Shown piece after piece: positions 18,604 to 28,235 of a DNA stretch of 35,980 nt; within the stretch, counting starts at the first letter, position 1; each line of letters begins with the position of its first letter. This DNA comes from a bacterium (GTDB lineage: Bacteria; Patescibacteriota; JACMRA01). The position numbers and the translations under genes were made by a program. The stretch lies in the NCBI GenBank assembly GCA_043778575.1, contig JAYWFX010000021.1:1-35980 (forward strand). Reading direction: 5' to 3'. The notes under the pieces were generated by a model. It saw nothing but the letters and a program-made list of their open reading frames with translations. It was not told where the DNA came from and made no database searches.

Positions 18604-19320
18604 CTATGTGAGTTTCTCTAGTATTTCTAAACCTTGTTGTGCTGTAAGTTGTCCTGATGCTGTGGTCATACCCTGCAGTGAAAAGAAGCTGAACTCACCA
18701 CCGAGTAATAAACTGAGGATCCTACTTTTTTTGGCAAACTCATTGTCTCCCATACCAACCATCACACATTTGTTTTGAGAAGTACTATGAATCAAGTGGG
18801 TTACCAGTTTTTGCAGATCAATAATGGAATCTACAGTAGTAGCAAATTTTTGAATATCACAGTCCAGATTGTTCATTTCGTCACCTAATATTTGAAGTTC
18901 ATCACACTCTGGTGTCAAAGTAAAGTTATGATAAGAAATTATGAATTGAGTTTTTGATCCACAATTTCTGCGTAAATTAGTGAGGCCATGCATCAGATCA
19001 TCTATTTTTGCAAGCTCTAAATCGATATCAATATAGGCAAAGTCCAGCTCAATAGCTTTTTTCATAACCTCAGTCCAGTTTTGATAATTATTTTCACAAT
19101 TTCCACCACACTGCTGCATCCTACAGGTGATAATAAAATCCACATCTAAAAAGTTTTTGATCAACATACCTAAAACATCGATGTGCAAACTGATATTGGC
19201 ATCATACAAACAATCTAAACGAATCTCGATTAATCGTGTATATTTGGTTGCCTGTTGAATATTGTTGTATAGTTCTGAGGGATTTTTCCCATACACGCTC
19301 ACACACATTTTGTCCTTCAT
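18604..19320 (-). CDS. aroD: Type I 3-dehydroquinate dehydratase
   Basis: IEIRLD, ITCR....GG, YIDIDL, ISYHNF..TP, Schiff-base Lys in IQKFA, GMG, SR, TASGQ; ATG 19320 preferred. Confidence 0.9.
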   Translation of the reverse strand: MKDKMCVSVYGKNPSELYNNIQQATKYTRLIEIRLDCLYDANISLHIDVLGMLIKNFLDVDFIITCRMQQCGGNCENNYQNWTEVMKKAIELDFAYIDIDLELAKIDDLMHGLTNLRRNCGSKTQFIISYHNFTLTPECDELQILGDEMNNLDCDIQKFATTVDSIIDLQKLVTHLIHSTSQNKCVMVGMGDNEFAKKSRILSLLLGGEFSFFSLQGMTTASGQLTAQQGLEILEKLT

Positions 19321-19369
19321 CAGCCTAGAATTGACAATATATCTCAACCACGTCAAATCTGATTGGATT
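19321..19369. promoter_or_regulatory. Overlapping divergent promoters for aroD and aroC
   Basis: 49-bp gap holds TTGACA (+, 19331; 39 nt before aroC ATG) and TTGACG (-, 19356; 36 nt before aroD ATG). Confidence 0.5.
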
Positions 19370-20455
19370 ATGCCAGCAAATACATTTGGAGAAATTTTTC
19401 GAATTACCAGTTTTGGAGAATCGCACGGTATCGGCGTCGGAGTGGTTGTAGATGGTTGCCCGGCAGGTTTAGAGTTAAACGAAAACGATATTCAGCCTGA
19501 TTTAGATCGTAGAAAACCGGGTCAGAGTCACATCACTACAGCTCGAAGCGAATCAGACACTATCTCGATTTTGAGTGGGGTCTTTGAGGGAAAAACTACT
19601 GGGTCACCTATCATGATGATGGTCACAAACAAAGATCAACGCTCACAGGACTATGACACAATCAAACAACTAATACGTCCCAGCCACGCAGACTATACAT
19701 ATAACGTAAAGTATGGAAATCGTGACCCACGCGGAGGCGGTCGTAGCTCAGCTCGAATCATGATTGCCCGAGTCGCAGCTGGAGCAATTGCAAAAAAGTT
19801 TTTACGAGAGAAATGTGGAATGGAGTTTTTAGCATATACCCAACAGGTCGGATCGATTTTTACAGACAAACAACCAGAAGGTGTTACTTTTGAAGAGGTC
19901 GAGTCAAATATTATCCGCTGTCCAGACTCAGAAACCGCCACAAAAATGATCCAACTCATAGAAGAAATAAAAGCAGACCAAGACTCAATCGGTGGAATAA
20001 TCCAAGGTGTTATTCGAGGTGTGCCAGCTGGACTAGGAGAACCAGAATTTGATAAGCTACCCGCACTACTAGCACACGCCATGATGAGTATCAATGCCAC
20101 AAAAGGGTTTGAAATTGGATCCGGATTTTCAGGAGTTACGCTTCGTGGTAGTGAGCATAATGATATCTTTTATACAGATGATAATGGAAAAGTCCAAACT
20201 AAAACCAACTATGCTGGGGGGACGCTTGGAGGTATTTCAAGTGGTCAAGACATCACATTTAGAGTAGCTATCAAACCTGTCGCAACCATTGCAAAATCTC
20301 AAGAAACTATAGATATAAACGGAAATAAAACCACAGTAGAGGGCAAAGGTCGTCATGATCCGTGCGTACTTCCACGAGCTGTACCGATAGTTGAAGCAAT
20401 GGCAGCTTTGGTCATTATAGATCTATACTTACGTAACAAGGCTGAAAATCACTAA
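19370..20455 (+). CDS. aroC: Chorismate synthase
   Basis: FGESHG, DGCPAG, RRKPGQ, RPSHAD, GGGRSSAR, DSIGG, GLGEP, KGFEIGSG, GRHDPC; ATG 19370 preferred. Confidence 0.98.
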   Translation: MPANTFGEIFRITSFGESHGIGVGVVVDGCPAGLELNENDIQPDLDRRKPGQSHITTARSESDTISILSGVFEGKTTGSPIMMMVTNKDQRSQDYDTIKQLIRPSHADYTYNVKYGNRDPRGGGRSSARIMIARVAAGAIAKKFLREKCGMEFLAYTQQVGSIFTDKQPEGVTFEEVESNIIRCPDSETATKMIQLIEEIKADQDSIGGIIQGVIRGVPAGLGEPEFDKLPALLAHAMMSINATKGFEIGSGFSGVTLRGSEHNDIFYTDDNGKVQTKTNYAGGTLGGISSGQDITFRVAIKPVATIAKSQETIDINGNKTTVEGKGRHDPCVLPRAVPIVEAMAALVIIDLYLRNKAENH

Positions 20456-20485
20456 ACACACTTTGACTAAAAAATACGCCTTTAT

Positions 20486-21790
20486 ATGCTTTCTATATTT
20501 CCATTCAGACAATCAATCAACACATCTATCACGATACCGGGATCAAAAAGCGATACAAATCGAGCCTTGGTTTTAGCTAGTCTATCAGATGGTGTTTCAA
20601 TTCTGAATGGGATCTCTCAGAGTGATGACTCAATGCTCATGATAGAAAACCTCATAAAACTCGGCATCAAAATTACTGAGATAGATACAAAGACTTTAGA
20701 AGTTTGTGGAAACGGAGGCAACTTTAAGCCATTTTTTGGTGAGCTCAACTCAGGCATAGCAGGAACTACAAGTCGATTTTTAGCAGCGATCTGCACACTG
20801 GTACCTGGCGAGTTTGTTCTAAATGCTAGAGGCAAAATGCTCGACAGACCAATGAAAGAGCTACTCGATGGATTAGCATCCCTTGGTTCCATGTTTGAAT
20901 TTTTAGGTAACCCAAACTGTCTGCCTATACGATTCGCTTCAGAATCCGCAATCTCTGGAGGCAGTGTTTCACTCAATGGTCAGGTTTCTAGTCAGTTTTT
21001 TACTGCACTACTGTTGATTGCTCCTGTGCTAGCTAATGGCCTACAAATACAGGTTATTGGTGAACAGGTATCTCAATCCTACATAGACATGACCCAGTCC
21101 ATACTAGCTGATTTTGGCATCGAAATGAAAAATGAAAACTACACTCAATACATCATAAACTCAAATCAAAAACTAATTTCCCAACCGTACCAAATCCAAG
21201 GTGACGCTTCTGGTTGTAGCTATTTTTGGGGTATAGCTGCACTGACGGAATCTACAGTACGAATACAAAATATCAACCCAGAAACCACACAGGGTGATAT
21301 ACAGTTTGCAGACATTCTGGAGAAAATGGGTTGTAGAGTAGTAAAAAACCTAGATGAAAAATGGATACAGGTGACAGGTTCAAAAAATCTCATCGCAGTT
21401 GATGTAAATATGGAAAACCTACCTGACACTGCCCAAACCCTAGCTGTGATAGCTGCCTTTGCCACTGGAACTACTCGAATAACTGGATTATCCACACTCA
21501 AAAAGAAAGAAACTGATAGACTCAGTGCACTACATACAGAACTCAAAAGAATCAACATCACTACACGAATCGGTGAAGATTGGATAGAGATTGACGGTGG
21601 AAAACCAATTGGCACTACCATAGAAACCTACCATGACCATCGTATGGCTATGAGTTTTACGATAGCTGGTTGCAAAATCCAAGGAATCACCATTCAAAAT
21701 CCAGAAGTAGTTTCTAAATCTTTTCCAGACTTTTGGGACAAATTATCAAGCCTAGGCATCGAAACGAGAGTCACAACTCAGTATGAATAA
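20486..21790 (+). CDS. aroA: EPSP synthase
   Basis: PGSKSDTNR, AGTTSRF, RPM, SSQF, KETDR, DHRMAM, KSFPDFW. Confidence 0.97.
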   Translation: MLSIFPFRQSINTSITIPGSKSDTNRALVLASLSDGVSILNGISQSDDSMLMIENLIKLGIKITEIDTKTLEVCGNGGNFKPFFGELNSGIAGTTSRFLAAICTLVPGEFVLNARGKMLDRPMKELLDGLASLGSMFEFLGNPNCLPIRFASESAISGGSVSLNGQVSSQFFTALLLIAPVLANGLQIQVIGEQVSQSYIDMTQSILADFGIEMKNENYTQYIINSNQKLISQPYQIQGDASGCSYFWGIAALTESTVRIQNINPETTQGDIQFADILEKMGCRVVKNLDEKWIQVTGSKNLIAVDVNMENLPDTAQTLAVIAAFATGTTRITGLSTLKKKETDRLSALHTELKRINITTRIGEDWIEIDGGKPIGTTIETYHDHRMAMSFTIAGCKIQGITIQNPEVVSKSFPDFWDKLSSLGIETRVTTQYE

Positions 21791-22286
21791 GAATATTGTT
21801 TTAGTTGGTTTTATGGGCAGCGGCAAAACTACTATCGGAAAGTTACTCGCTCAGTCACTGGCTTGGAATTTTATAGATACTGACGATATAGCTATAAAAA
21901 AAAGCGGCAAAACAAGTGCCCCAGAAGTGTTTGAGCAACTTGGCGAAATAGGATGGAGAAAATATGAATCTGAGGCGATTAGCGAACTTTCAAAACAGAC
22001 AAATCTGGTGATTTCCACGGGCGGCGGAGTGATAACCAACTCAGAAAATATAGTAAATCTAAAAAAGGGTGGTCATTTAGTATATTTACAGACTTCATTT
22101 GAAACTATTACCAGTCGACTCATAGGCGATACCTCCCGACCCTTGTTTACTGATATCAAAATCGCACACAAACTATTTGAGACTAGAGAACCGCTGTACA
22201 GAGAAAATTCGGACTGGACACTAGATACAACACTCAAAACACCTGCAGAGTTATGCTCAGAAATATTATTATCGGTCAGCCGTTAG
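21783..22286 (+). CDS. aroK: Shikimate kinase
   Basis: GFMGSGKTT, FIDTD, GE..WR..E, STGGG, RPL, R..LY; overlaps aroA by 8 nt. Confidence 0.96.
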   Translation: MNKNIVLVGFMGSGKTTIGKLLAQSLAWNFIDTDDIAIKKSGKTSAPEVFEQLGEIGWRKYESEAISELSKQTNLVISTGGGVITNSENIVNLKKGGHLVYLQTSFETITSRLIGDTSRPLFTDIKIAHKLFETREPLYRENSDWTLDTTLKTPAELCSEILLSVSR

Positions 22287-23071
22287 ATCACACACTATCA
22301 CCAGATTTGCACAATCAATTGTATGTTAAACTGTGCTTAAATGAGGAGTTTGTATTTGAAAAGATGACTATTGAGCCAGAGAATTTGTATAGTTGCATGG
22401 AGATGTTTCGCAGAGAACAAACCCTAAACGGACTAGCAGTGACCATCCCACACAAAGTAAACATCCTAAAATACTTGGATATTATAGACCAAAAAGCCCA
22501 GCAAATCGGTGCAGTCAACACAGTAATCAAGAAAAATGGAAAACTCATTGGATACAATACAGACTGGATTGGCATTTACGAGCCTCTTAAACAGACCATG
22601 AAAATATCTGACTCAAGATCCCCAAATATACGAGTAGCTATTCTCGGTGGCGGAGGTGCTGCCAGAAGTGTGATCTTTGCGTGCAATGGACTAGGCTACA
22701 AATCAACTGTTTTTCTCAGAAATACAAACAAAGGGAGTGTTTTGCAATCTGACTTTGGATGCCAGATTTGTACATGGGGCGATGTAGAACTAGCTCAATA
22801 CCAGGTTATTATCAACACTACACCAATTGGAATGTATCCAAACACTGACCAAAACCCACTAAAAAGCTACATGCCAAACAGGCGTCAAACTCTATTTGAT
22901 CTCGTTTACAATCCAGATATTACACAGTTTTTACAATCTGGAATACATGCTGAATGCACAACAATCAAAGGAAGTGAAATGTTTATCTACCAAGCCCAAA
23001 AACAATTCGAATTATTTACTGATGTACAGCCTGATATCCGTGTTGTCAGACAGGTGTTTGGATGTATTTAA
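22253..23071 (+). CDS. aroE: Shikimate dehydrogenase
   Basis: GQPLDHTLSP..HN, VTIPHK, GAVNT, GYNTD, LGGGGAARS, INTTPIGM, DLVYNP, MFIYQA; overlaps aroK by 34 nt. Confidence 0.95.
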   Translation: MLRNIIIGQPLDHTLSPDLHNQLYVKLCLNEEFVFEKMTIEPENLYSCMEMFRREQTLNGLAVTIPHKVNILKYLDIIDQKAQQIGAVNTVIKKNGKLIGYNTDWIGIYEPLKQTMKISDSRSPNIRVAILGGGGAARSVIFACNGLGYKSTVFLRNTNKGSVLQSDFGCQICTWGDVELAQYQVIINTTPIGMYPNTDQNPLKSYMPNRRQTLFDLVYNPDITQFLQSGIHAECTTIKGSEMFIYQAQKQFELFTDVQPDIRVVRQVFGCI

Positions 23072-23259
23072 AGGTCTTGTGTGGTAATCTGAGTAATCCT
23101 GTTTTCCATTTGGTTGATCTCCTCCTCAATTTCTTTTTTGAGTTTATACGCCTCTTCTAGTAGTGGCATACTTTCTGAGAGGGTTACTTTTTTTTGCTCA
23201 AGCATCTGTTGAATTTCTTGGAGTCGGGTGAGTTTCTGCTCAAGTGTTTTCGAGGGCAT
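23068..23259 (-). CDS. xseB: Exodeoxyribonuclease VII small subunit
   Basis: 63 aa, TLEQKL.RLQEI...LE....TLSES..LLEEA..L pattern. Confidence 0.85.
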   Translation of the reverse strand: MPSKTLEQKLTRLQEIQQMLEQKKVTLSESMPLLEEAYKLKKEIEEEINQMENRITQITTQDL

Positions 23260-23306
23260 TGCTAATCAGTAAATTAATTTGGTTGGATTCTTCTCTTTTG
23301 GTTAGA

Positions 23307-24047
23307 TTATTTCTGCAAAGCGTTATCAATTTTCTTTTTTAGCTCTGTGTCAGCTCCCAAACCTCCAGTCCACCAGTCTGTTATTTTGTTGTCTTTGTAG
23401 AGGATGGAAATCGGTGTACCAATTTTTTCTAAACTTCCTGATGCCTTTGAATCACCTTTTACATTTGCAGGTAGTTCAATTTGTTTCAGATCGTCTTGAT
23501 CAGCCTCTATTTGCTTTGAGATTTCTGTGCTATTTCTATCATCATTAAATTTATTGATATCTAAATTGAGCTCCTTGGCTATATTTTCCATGGTACTGTT
23601 GCTCAAACCCTTTTCCTGATTATCAAAAACCTTGTCTCCAAACTCAAAGAATTTACCCTGTTTTCCAGCAGCTTGCACTGATTTTGCAGCGTTTCGAGCA
23701 TATGGATGGAGAGATTCAAGAGGAAAATGCTTGTACACAAAACCGACTTTATCACCATATTCTTTCTTTACTGTTTGCATGGATGGATTATTTCCTTTGC
23801 AGGCTGGACACTGATAATCTACTAAATATACCAAAACTAGACTGCTTTTCATGTTTCCAAGTGTGGCGTTATATTTTTTTTGTAGTGAAATATCAAAAGT
23901 TCCACCATCAATTGGTGTAGATTTTCCTCCAAAAGCACTAAAGAGGCTAAACACGCTCCCTATCAGCACAACTACACTCAAAGCCTTGGTAATACTAGGT
24001 AAATATTGCCACAAAACTAACCAAAAATTGTCCTCATATTTGTTCAT
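23307..24047 (-). CDS. dsbA: Membrane-anchored DsbA-family thiol:disulfide oxidoreductase
   Basis: N-terminal TM, DYQCPAC, YKHFPL...HP.A..AA, QGKF, cis-Pro GTP. Confidence 0.9.
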   Translation of the reverse strand: MNKYEDNFWLVLWQYLPSITKALSVVVLIGSVFSLFSAFGGKSTPIDGGTFDISLQKKYNATLGNMKSSLVLVYLVDYQCPACKGNNPSMQTVKKEYGDKVGFVYKHFPLESLHPYARNAAKSVQAAGKQGKFFEFGDKVFDNQEKGLSNSTMENIAKELNLDINKFNDDRNSTEISKQIEADQDDLKQIELPANVKGDSKASGSLEKIGTPISILYKDNKITDWWTGGLGADTELKKKIDNALQK

Positions 24048-24173
24048 ATACCCAATTACAAAGGTGGTTTACTGGAGTTGTCAACTTGACTAAAAATTCT
24101 TTTTCTAATCAATATTTCAGTTATTCTAGCTATCATTTAGTTAAAATATAGATTTTGTAGTGTAGATTATATT

Positions 24174-24250
24174 GCAGTCGTAGCTCAGTGGATTAGAGCG
24201 TTTGGTTGCGGTCCAAAAGGTCGCAGGTTCGATCCCTGCCGATTGCACCA
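24174..24250 (+). tRNA. tRNA-Arg (GCG)
   Basis: GCAGTCG TAGCTCAGTGGATTAGAGC G TTTGG TTGCGGT CCAAA AGGTC GCAGG TTCGATC CCTGC CGATTGC A CCA: cloverleaf, anticodon GCG, A20 Arg identity element, encoded CCA. Confidence 0.95.
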
Positions 24251-24268
24251 CACAGTATATTTAGCATT

Positions 24269-24292
24269 TCACCCCTCATTAGGGTGATTTTT
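24269..24292 (+). terminator. Rho-independent terminator after tRNA-Arg
   Basis: TCACCC-CTCATTA-GGGTGA hairpin followed by TTTTT. Confidence 0.65.
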
Positions 24293-24375
24293 ATGGTCTA
24301 AATTATCATTCAAATTACAGTAAGTTGACTTTTCCTCAGGTTTACTTCATCCTATCTACAATAGATTTTCCTATC

Positions 24376-25731
24376 ATGACATTTCATTCTACATCTCGAT
24401 TTAATCTTTTTTTCATCAGCTTATCTCTCATTATATTCTGTGTGTTTTCCTTTGGAGGTTCAGCGGTTATTGAGGTTTCTTCTCAGGCTTACCTTACCAA
24501 ATATGAAACTAAAAAAGCAGATATAGAGGTACAAAAAAGTAAAGTAAAAGAGACTCTCAACAATGTAGCTGGAAAACTAGAAGAAACAAGCAGATTAGCA
24601 GGCACACTAAAAGAGCAAGTAGCTAAAGTTCAAGTCGAGATAGACAACACGAACACAGCAATCACACAGACAAAACTAATTATCAACCAATTGGAAGACC
24701 AAATCGCAACCAACCAAAGAGACCTAGAAGAGCTAATCATTCAGATGAAGGAGCTTATTTTTGACATTCAAAAGGCCAACCAAGTAACCCCCCTAGAAAG
24801 CATAGTATCTAGCGGTACCCTCGGTGAAGCTCTGAGTAAAGTATATAATTTGACAGGACTCCAAGACAAAGCTGAAAACCTAAGAATAAAAATACTCAGA
24901 ACCCGGGATGAATTAGAGAAAAATAGAAAGCTAGCCGAGGAATCACGTGCTCAGCTGGAAGGAGCAAAGGCATTACTGGCAAGTCAAAAATCTAGCTTGG
25001 ATGATCTGCTGCAAAAAACTCAAAATGACGAAGAAAACTACAAAAGATATGCCAAAAACCTAGAGCAACAAGATAACGAACTCAACAACCAAATTGCTCA
25101 AGCAGAGCGTGAAAAAAATACAGATGCTGTCAAATACAGACAAGAGGAGGAACGAAAGCGAATCGAGGCAGAAAAAGCAGCAGCGCCCACCTATACTGGC
25201 GGTAATGGAAATCTGAATCCACCTGCTGGAGGTACCTCTACACGAGGAGCAACCACAAACTGCTTCTACGAAGATGGGTCGAATCCCGGAATCCCAGAAG
25301 GGTTTTTCGGTAGTCCAACTGACGGTTATTTTGTCAGAGAATTTGATGGTTGTGGTCATGATGGTGTCGATATCGCCAACGGAATAGGTACTCCACTGCG
25401 ATCTATTGCTGATGGTGTGGTAGTCAAGCGTAGCTACGCTGGAAATGGATACGGAAATTACACAATCATAAAGCACACCCTACCAAATGGACGACGAATA
25501 TACTCACTATACGCCCACCAAAACTCAGTCCCAATATACGGCATCGGCACATTTGTTTTAAAAGGACAGCAAATTGGCTACATGGGAACCACTGGTAGGA
25601 GTACGGGGTCACACTTGCATTTTAGTTTGTTCTCTGAATCGTTTGAAGTTAGTCTAAACGACGGCTGTCTCTATGGCGGCTGGTCACACTCGTATTGCTA
25701 CAAACCTTCTCGTTTTGTAAATGTAGACTAA
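24376..25731 (+). CDS. Coiled-coil M23 metallopeptidase (murein hydrolase, EnvC/PcsB-like architecture)
   Basis: Signal/TM, about 230-aa coiled coil, G/T/P linker, M23 motifs HDGVD, GYGNY, YAH, GTTGRSTGSHLH; ATG 24376 preferred. Confidence 0.9.
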   Translation: MTFHSTSRFNLFFISLSLIIFCVFSFGGSAVIEVSSQAYLTKYETKKADIEVQKSKVKETLNNVAGKLEETSRLAGTLKEQVAKVQVEIDNTNTAITQTKLIINQLEDQIATNQRDLEELIIQMKELIFDIQKANQVTPLESIVSSGTLGEALSKVYNLTGLQDKAENLRIKILRTRDELEKNRKLAEESRAQLEGAKALLASQKSSLDDLLQKTQNDEENYKRYAKNLEQQDNELNNQIAQAEREKNTDAVKYRQEEERKRIEAEKAAAPTYTGGNGNLNPPAGGTSTRGATTNCFYEDGSNPGIPEGFFGSPTDGYFVREFDGCGHDGVDIANGIGTPLRSIADGVVVKRSYAGNGYGNYTIIKHTLPNGRRIYSLYAHQNSVPIYGIGTFVLKGQQIGYMGTTGRSTGSHLHFSLFSESFEVSLNDGCLYGGWSHSYCYKPSRFVNVD

Positions 25732-25745
25732 ATTATTGTTACGAT

Positions 25746-26732
25746 ATGGATCCAACTAGAACTCCTCAACCCAAAATCACACCCAGAAAGCTATCGTATA
25801 TTTTTGGTGTTACTGGATTCTCATTATCAGCCCTGCTATTTTTTCCGATATCTGAAGTCTTTGCAGGAAACTGGAAACTCAACCAACAATTTGAGCTGTT
25901 CTATATCGATCACATAAATATCTTTGGTTATCAGCTAGATATCGGTTCTATTAATATTCGATTTTACTCGGTGTGTATCTTACTTGGGTTACTAGCTGGT
26001 TATAGTTTAGCCCTATACCTAGGAAAATTACAGCACATAGTCGGCACCATTATCGATCGGCTGTTTATCGGAGTAGTGGTTTTTGGTTTGATCGGAGCAC
26101 GATTGTTTTTTGTGTTATTTAACTGGAGTAAATTTAGCGATAATCCCGCCAACATTATATTGCAGCTCAACAAAGGCGGACTAGCTCTCTACGGTGCACT
26201 AATACTGTCCACTGCCTATCTGACTCTATATTGCCGCAAGTATAAATTTAATATATATGAATTTTTAGATTTTTTGGCTCCAGCAGTTCTACTCGGTCAA
26301 ATAATTGGTAGATTCGGTAACTTTTTCAACTACGAAGCCTACGGCCCATCCACGAGCATATACTGGAAGATGTACGTACCACTCCTTGCAAATATCACTG
26401 AGAACCTGAGGCAACCCTATTTCCACCCGACATTTCTGTACGAAATCATCCCTAACTTCTTCCTACTGTTAGTATTGCTATATAACTTTACTAACTGGAC
26501 ACAAAAACGCTCAGGATTGGTGTTTGCTGGGTATGCGGTTGGCTATGGAGTAATTAGGACATTCACTGAGTTTTTTAGATTAGATGCACTAAAATACCAG
26601 ATATTTGGAATAATCACTCACCCAAGCCAAATCCTCTCTGTTGGATTAGCCGCCTTTGGCATTTATATAATTATCCGCAGAAACAAAATAGTGTACTTCA
26701 AAAAAACCATGACCGAAATCGAGACGCAATAA
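25746..26732 (+). CDS. lgt: Prolipoprotein diacylglyceryl transferase
   Basis: IRFYS, IGARL, GGLALYG, GQIIGRFGNFFNYEAYG, HPTFLYE, RTFTEFFR; ATG 25746 preferred. Confidence 0.95.
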   Translation: MDPTRTPQPKITPRKLSYIFGVTGFSLSALLFFPISEVFAGNWKLNQQFELFYIDHINIFGYQLDIGSINIRFYSVCILLGLLAGYSLALYLGKLQHIVGTIIDRLFIGVVVFGLIGARLFFVLFNWSKFSDNPANIILQLNKGGLALYGALILSTAYLTLYCRKYKFNIYEFLDFLAPAVLLGQIIGRFGNFFNYEAYGPSTSIYWKMYVPLLANITENLRQPYFHPTFLYEIIPNFFLLLVLLYNFTNWTQKRSGLVFAGYAVGYGVIRTFTEFFRLDALKYQIFGIITHPSQILSVGLAAFGIYIIIRRNKIVYFKKTMTEIETQ

Positions 26733-26812
26733 TTAGTTTAAAGATATAATTTAGTAGTCTAATCAGGTTTGCTCTTGACATCCTAGAGTGGATATGGTTT
26801 TTCTTGGATTAT

Positions 26813-27529
26813 ATGAAACTTAATATCAAAAACACCTCTCCAAGCCTGTCTCAAACCAAGGGCGGCTCAAACATAGTCAGCGTAGCTGTAGCCATAGTCA
26901 CTTTTATACTGGTCGTAGGTGGTGTATTTTTGATAACTAAAAGTTTAGGAAACAGAGGTACTGATGTCGTCCAAGCCCCTAGTTTAGATGCAACTCCCTC
27001 AGTAAAATCAGCCACTGAAACCCGCAGCTCTGAATCAAACTCACTCGTTCTCAAAGACAAATCCTCTGACTCGATCACCACAACCGAAAACAAGCCAAAT
27101 ACCGAGAACAAAGAAACTAAAGAAGCTCCAGTACAAGTACCAACCACATCAACAGATCCTAAACCAACAGAGATAAAGCCAACTGAAAATCACTCTGACA
27201 CCAACCAAAAACCCAAGACACCCACAGAATCATCTAATCCATCCACACCAACAATCACGCCAACTACAGCTAAACCCACCACACTATCATCAAACCAAAG
27301 CATCCTAAAAGTATTGAGCCAAAGCGGAAACAGGTACCGAGTTCAGGTAGTTGACACAGGCACGACGGATGGTAGGTATTTAGTAAAAGACGCAACCATA
27401 ACCTTGAACTTGAGTGGATTTACGCTAGGAAACGAAAAAACCTACAAACTAACAGGAATTGGTGAAAAAAATGGACTCATAAACGTAAACTTAGCAAACA
27501 TGGACGCCATAGAGAATATAACTAAATAA
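26813..27529 (+). CDS. Hypothetical single-pass protein with Ser/Thr/Pro-rich stalk and small beta-rich C-terminal domain
   Basis: TM VSVAVAIVTFILVVGGVFLI; about 110-aa low-complexity T/S/P/K/E tract; TTGACA 38 nt upstream of ATG 26813. Confidence 0.8.
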   Translation: MKLNIKNTSPSLSQTKGGSNIVSVAVAIVTFILVVGGVFLITKSLGNRGTDVVQAPSLDATPSVKSATETRSSESNSLVLKDKSSDSITTTENKPNTENKETKEAPVQVPTTSTDPKPTEIKPTENHSDTNQKPKTPTESSNPSTPTITPTTAKPTTLSSNQSILKVLSQSGNRYRVQVVDTGTTDGRYLVKDATITLNLSGFTLGNEKTYKLTGIGEKNGLINVNLANMDAIENITK

Positions 27530-27545
27530 CAGGTTCATAGAATAT

Positions 27546-28235
27546 ATGAAGATTGCACTAGACGGCCCAGCTGGAAGTGGAAAAGGCACAATTTGTAGTA
27601 GAGTAGCTGATCAGCTCAACTTAATAAATTTTTCAAGCGGAGAAGTCTATCGCCTAGCTACCTATTTACTTGTCAGTCCAGAGTATTCTAAAGAAATTAC
27701 GAATCCGATTCAGATTATTGAGCTAATTACATCAGGCAGAGTAGCCTACAAATGGAATCAGATCACCAAATCAAGTGAAGTATGGCTCGATGGAAATGAC
27801 ATCAAACCAGATCTCCATAAGCAAACTATCTCTACAAAGGTTGCTGAGATTTCCAAAACATTTACTCGAGAGATCACTGAGACCGCAGAGTTTATCGTAA
27901 ACACTATCCATGATGATTTGATATGCGAGGGTCGAAATGTAGCAACCCATATTATCCCAAACGCAAATATAAAAATCTATTTAGACGCCTCACCAGAGAT
28001 ACGAACCAGACGCAGGATGCAAGACATCATCAACCAAGGTGACAGCATAGAGTTTGACACACTCCTAGCCCAGATCAAAGAGCGTGATAGACTAGATATG
28101 ACCAGAGATTACGCCCCCCTAGTCAGACTCCCCGAGGCGATTTACGTAGACACCAGCCAGCAAACCATAGACCAGTCAGTCCAGCAGATCGTGGATATTA
28201 TTGAGGGGGCATCGGTAGTTACAGAAAACAGGTAA
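27546..28235 (+). CDS. cmk: Cytidylate kinase
   Basis: IALDGPAGSGKGT, SGEVYR, EGRN, KIYLDASPEIR..RR, ERDRLD..R..APL, VDTS. Confidence 0.95.
   Translation: MKIALDGPAGSGKGTICSRVADQLNLINFSSGEVYRLATYLLVSPEYSKEITNPIQIIELITSGRVAYKWNQITKSSEVWLDGNDIKPDLHKQTISTKVAEISKTFTREITETAEFIVNTIHDDLICEGRNVATHIIPNANIKIYLDASPEIRTRRRMQDIINQGDSIEFDTLLAQIKERDRLDMTRDYAPLVRLPEAIYVDTSQQTIDQSVQQIVDIIEGASVVTENR

Noticed and set aside
19735-19780. aroC motif RSSARIM instead of RSSARET as inactivation
   Set aside because: All other chorismate synthase motifs are intact and this position varies among homologs
19693-21621. Long antisense ORFs within aroC and aroA, and similar ones at 1627, 25060, 33334 and 34439
   Set aside because: Shadow frames of well-supported genes with no motifs
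23068-23071. Shared TTAA stop of convergent aroE and xseB
   Set aside because: Common compaction in AT-rich genomes, although it could mark the edge of the aro block
8543-24250. Aromatic/glucan block as a tRNA-integrated genomic island
   Set aside because: Both tRNA 3' ends point away from the block; no integrase or duplicated tRNA 3' end was seen
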